Shown here: positions 63,101 through 64,000 of the stretch, in pieces
Layout of the letters: each line of letters starts with the position of its first letter
Position numbering within the stretch: the first letter of the stretch is position 1
Assembly: GCF_004010195.1 (NCBI RefSeq)
Contig: NC_057722.1
Coordinates: 39,663,164-39,727,163, forward strand
Reading direction: 5' to 3'
Length of the DNA stretch: 64,000 nucleotides
Source of the DNA: Chiloscyllium plagiosum
Lineage: Eukaryota
Notes under the pieces: generated by a model
What the model was told of the DNA's origin: nothing
What the model saw: the letters and a program-made list of their open reading frames with translations, nothing else
Database searches by the model: none
Program-made: the position numbers and the translations under genes

Positions 63101-63370
63101 CATCCAAAAATCCTCATGTGCTGACCATCCCTCTTCTCATTGTCATCCCTTTATCCAGTGTGCTTGAAGCTTGATTCCTAACCCCTTTCCAAATGCTCTG
63201 CTGTTTTGTGCACTGGAGACTTTAATAGTCTCACCTGAGTTCTCCTTTCTTTTCAGTTTTTCATATTTTCCAATGCAGTTGAATCCACCCCCACAGATGT
63301 TAACCTGCTGCTTTGTTTCCCACTGGCCATTATACTTCTTGGAGTTTTACCCTTTCCTCCCCCACACACC
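60140..63370 (-). mobile_element. Nested CR1 LINE cluster (two families; endonuclease to 3' end) with a tandem duplication and a SINE 3' half (62942-63098, +)
   Basis: LKALYLNAC..NKVNELV..ILETWLQG (APE domain), EFVECLRDGFLEQLVVEPT, CR1 tails. Confidence 0.85.
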
Positions 63371-63744
63371 ATTTACTAGTTTAGATTCAGGTAGTTGTCG
63401 AGTACAAACATAAGGATGTTATATAAATCTTCTATCAAACATTGATTTAGCCTCGGTGGAGTGTTATATCCCTTTCTGGACACCATACCATCATACCAGC
63501 ATTGGAATATAGTGCAACAAAGACTTATGGGAGTGTTTCCTGGGATAAAGACCTTCAGTTGGGTGAATAGATTGAAGAAGCTGAGGTTGAGAGCAGTTGA
63601 TAGAGGCATTTACAGTTATGCTAGTCTGGACATTGTAGATAGAGTAAAACTATTCCCATTATTGGCAAGGTTGAAAAATAGAATGCATAGATTTAAGATG
63701 GTTGGTAATAGAGCCAATAGTAACAGGCAGAGGTAAAAGTGGTT

Positions 63745-64000
63745 ATGATCTGATCAGGTGTTTCCCGGAACTTTCTGGGAAGCTAGGGAAATGATTGCTG
63801 TGTCCCTTTCTGAGATATTTGTATCATAGATAGCCACAATTGAGGTGCAGAAAAATTGAGGTTGGCTAATGTGGTGCCATTATTTAAGAAAGGCTGTAAG
63901 AAAAAGCCAGGGAAGTAAAGGCCAATGAGCCTTATGTTAGTCGTGGGTAAACTGTTGGAGGGGATTCTGAGTAGCTGTTTGATAGAAAGGATGTTGTTAA
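63745..64000 (+). mobile_element. CR1 RT N-terminal fragment
   Basis: ggttggctaatgtggtgccattatttaagaaagg...aaagccagggaa. Confidence 0.75.

Overview
Vertebrate nuclear DNA, almost certainly shark (HE1-type tRNA-SINEs and HER1/CR1-type LINEs), with three N-gaps (6486-6815, 23138-23455, 24965-25147). It carries the conserved MRPL47-NDUFB5-USP13 cluster: probable MRPL47 exon 1 (-), a ~520-bp bidirectional promoter, the complete six-exon NDUFB5 (+, 186 aa) and USP13 coding exons 1-2 (+). Most of the rest is nested transposable elements: CR1 LINEs, SINEs, several Penelope-like families, a fossil hAT transposase, a MULE-like MITE, Gypsy/LTR remnants, and Rex1 and Tx1 3' ends. The most notable signals are: (i) about 12 minimal type-I hammerhead ribozyme motifs with covarying stems in at least four Penelope-related families, including very short TSD-flanked and inverted copies; (ii) a Tx1-like retroelement found twice at the same target motif (AAACAGGAGTGTCA) inside an LTR; (iii) fragmented minus-strand sequence between NDUFB5 and USP13 that reads like a decayed giant exon of a lost gene. 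All calls were made by eye; TE boundaries are approximate.
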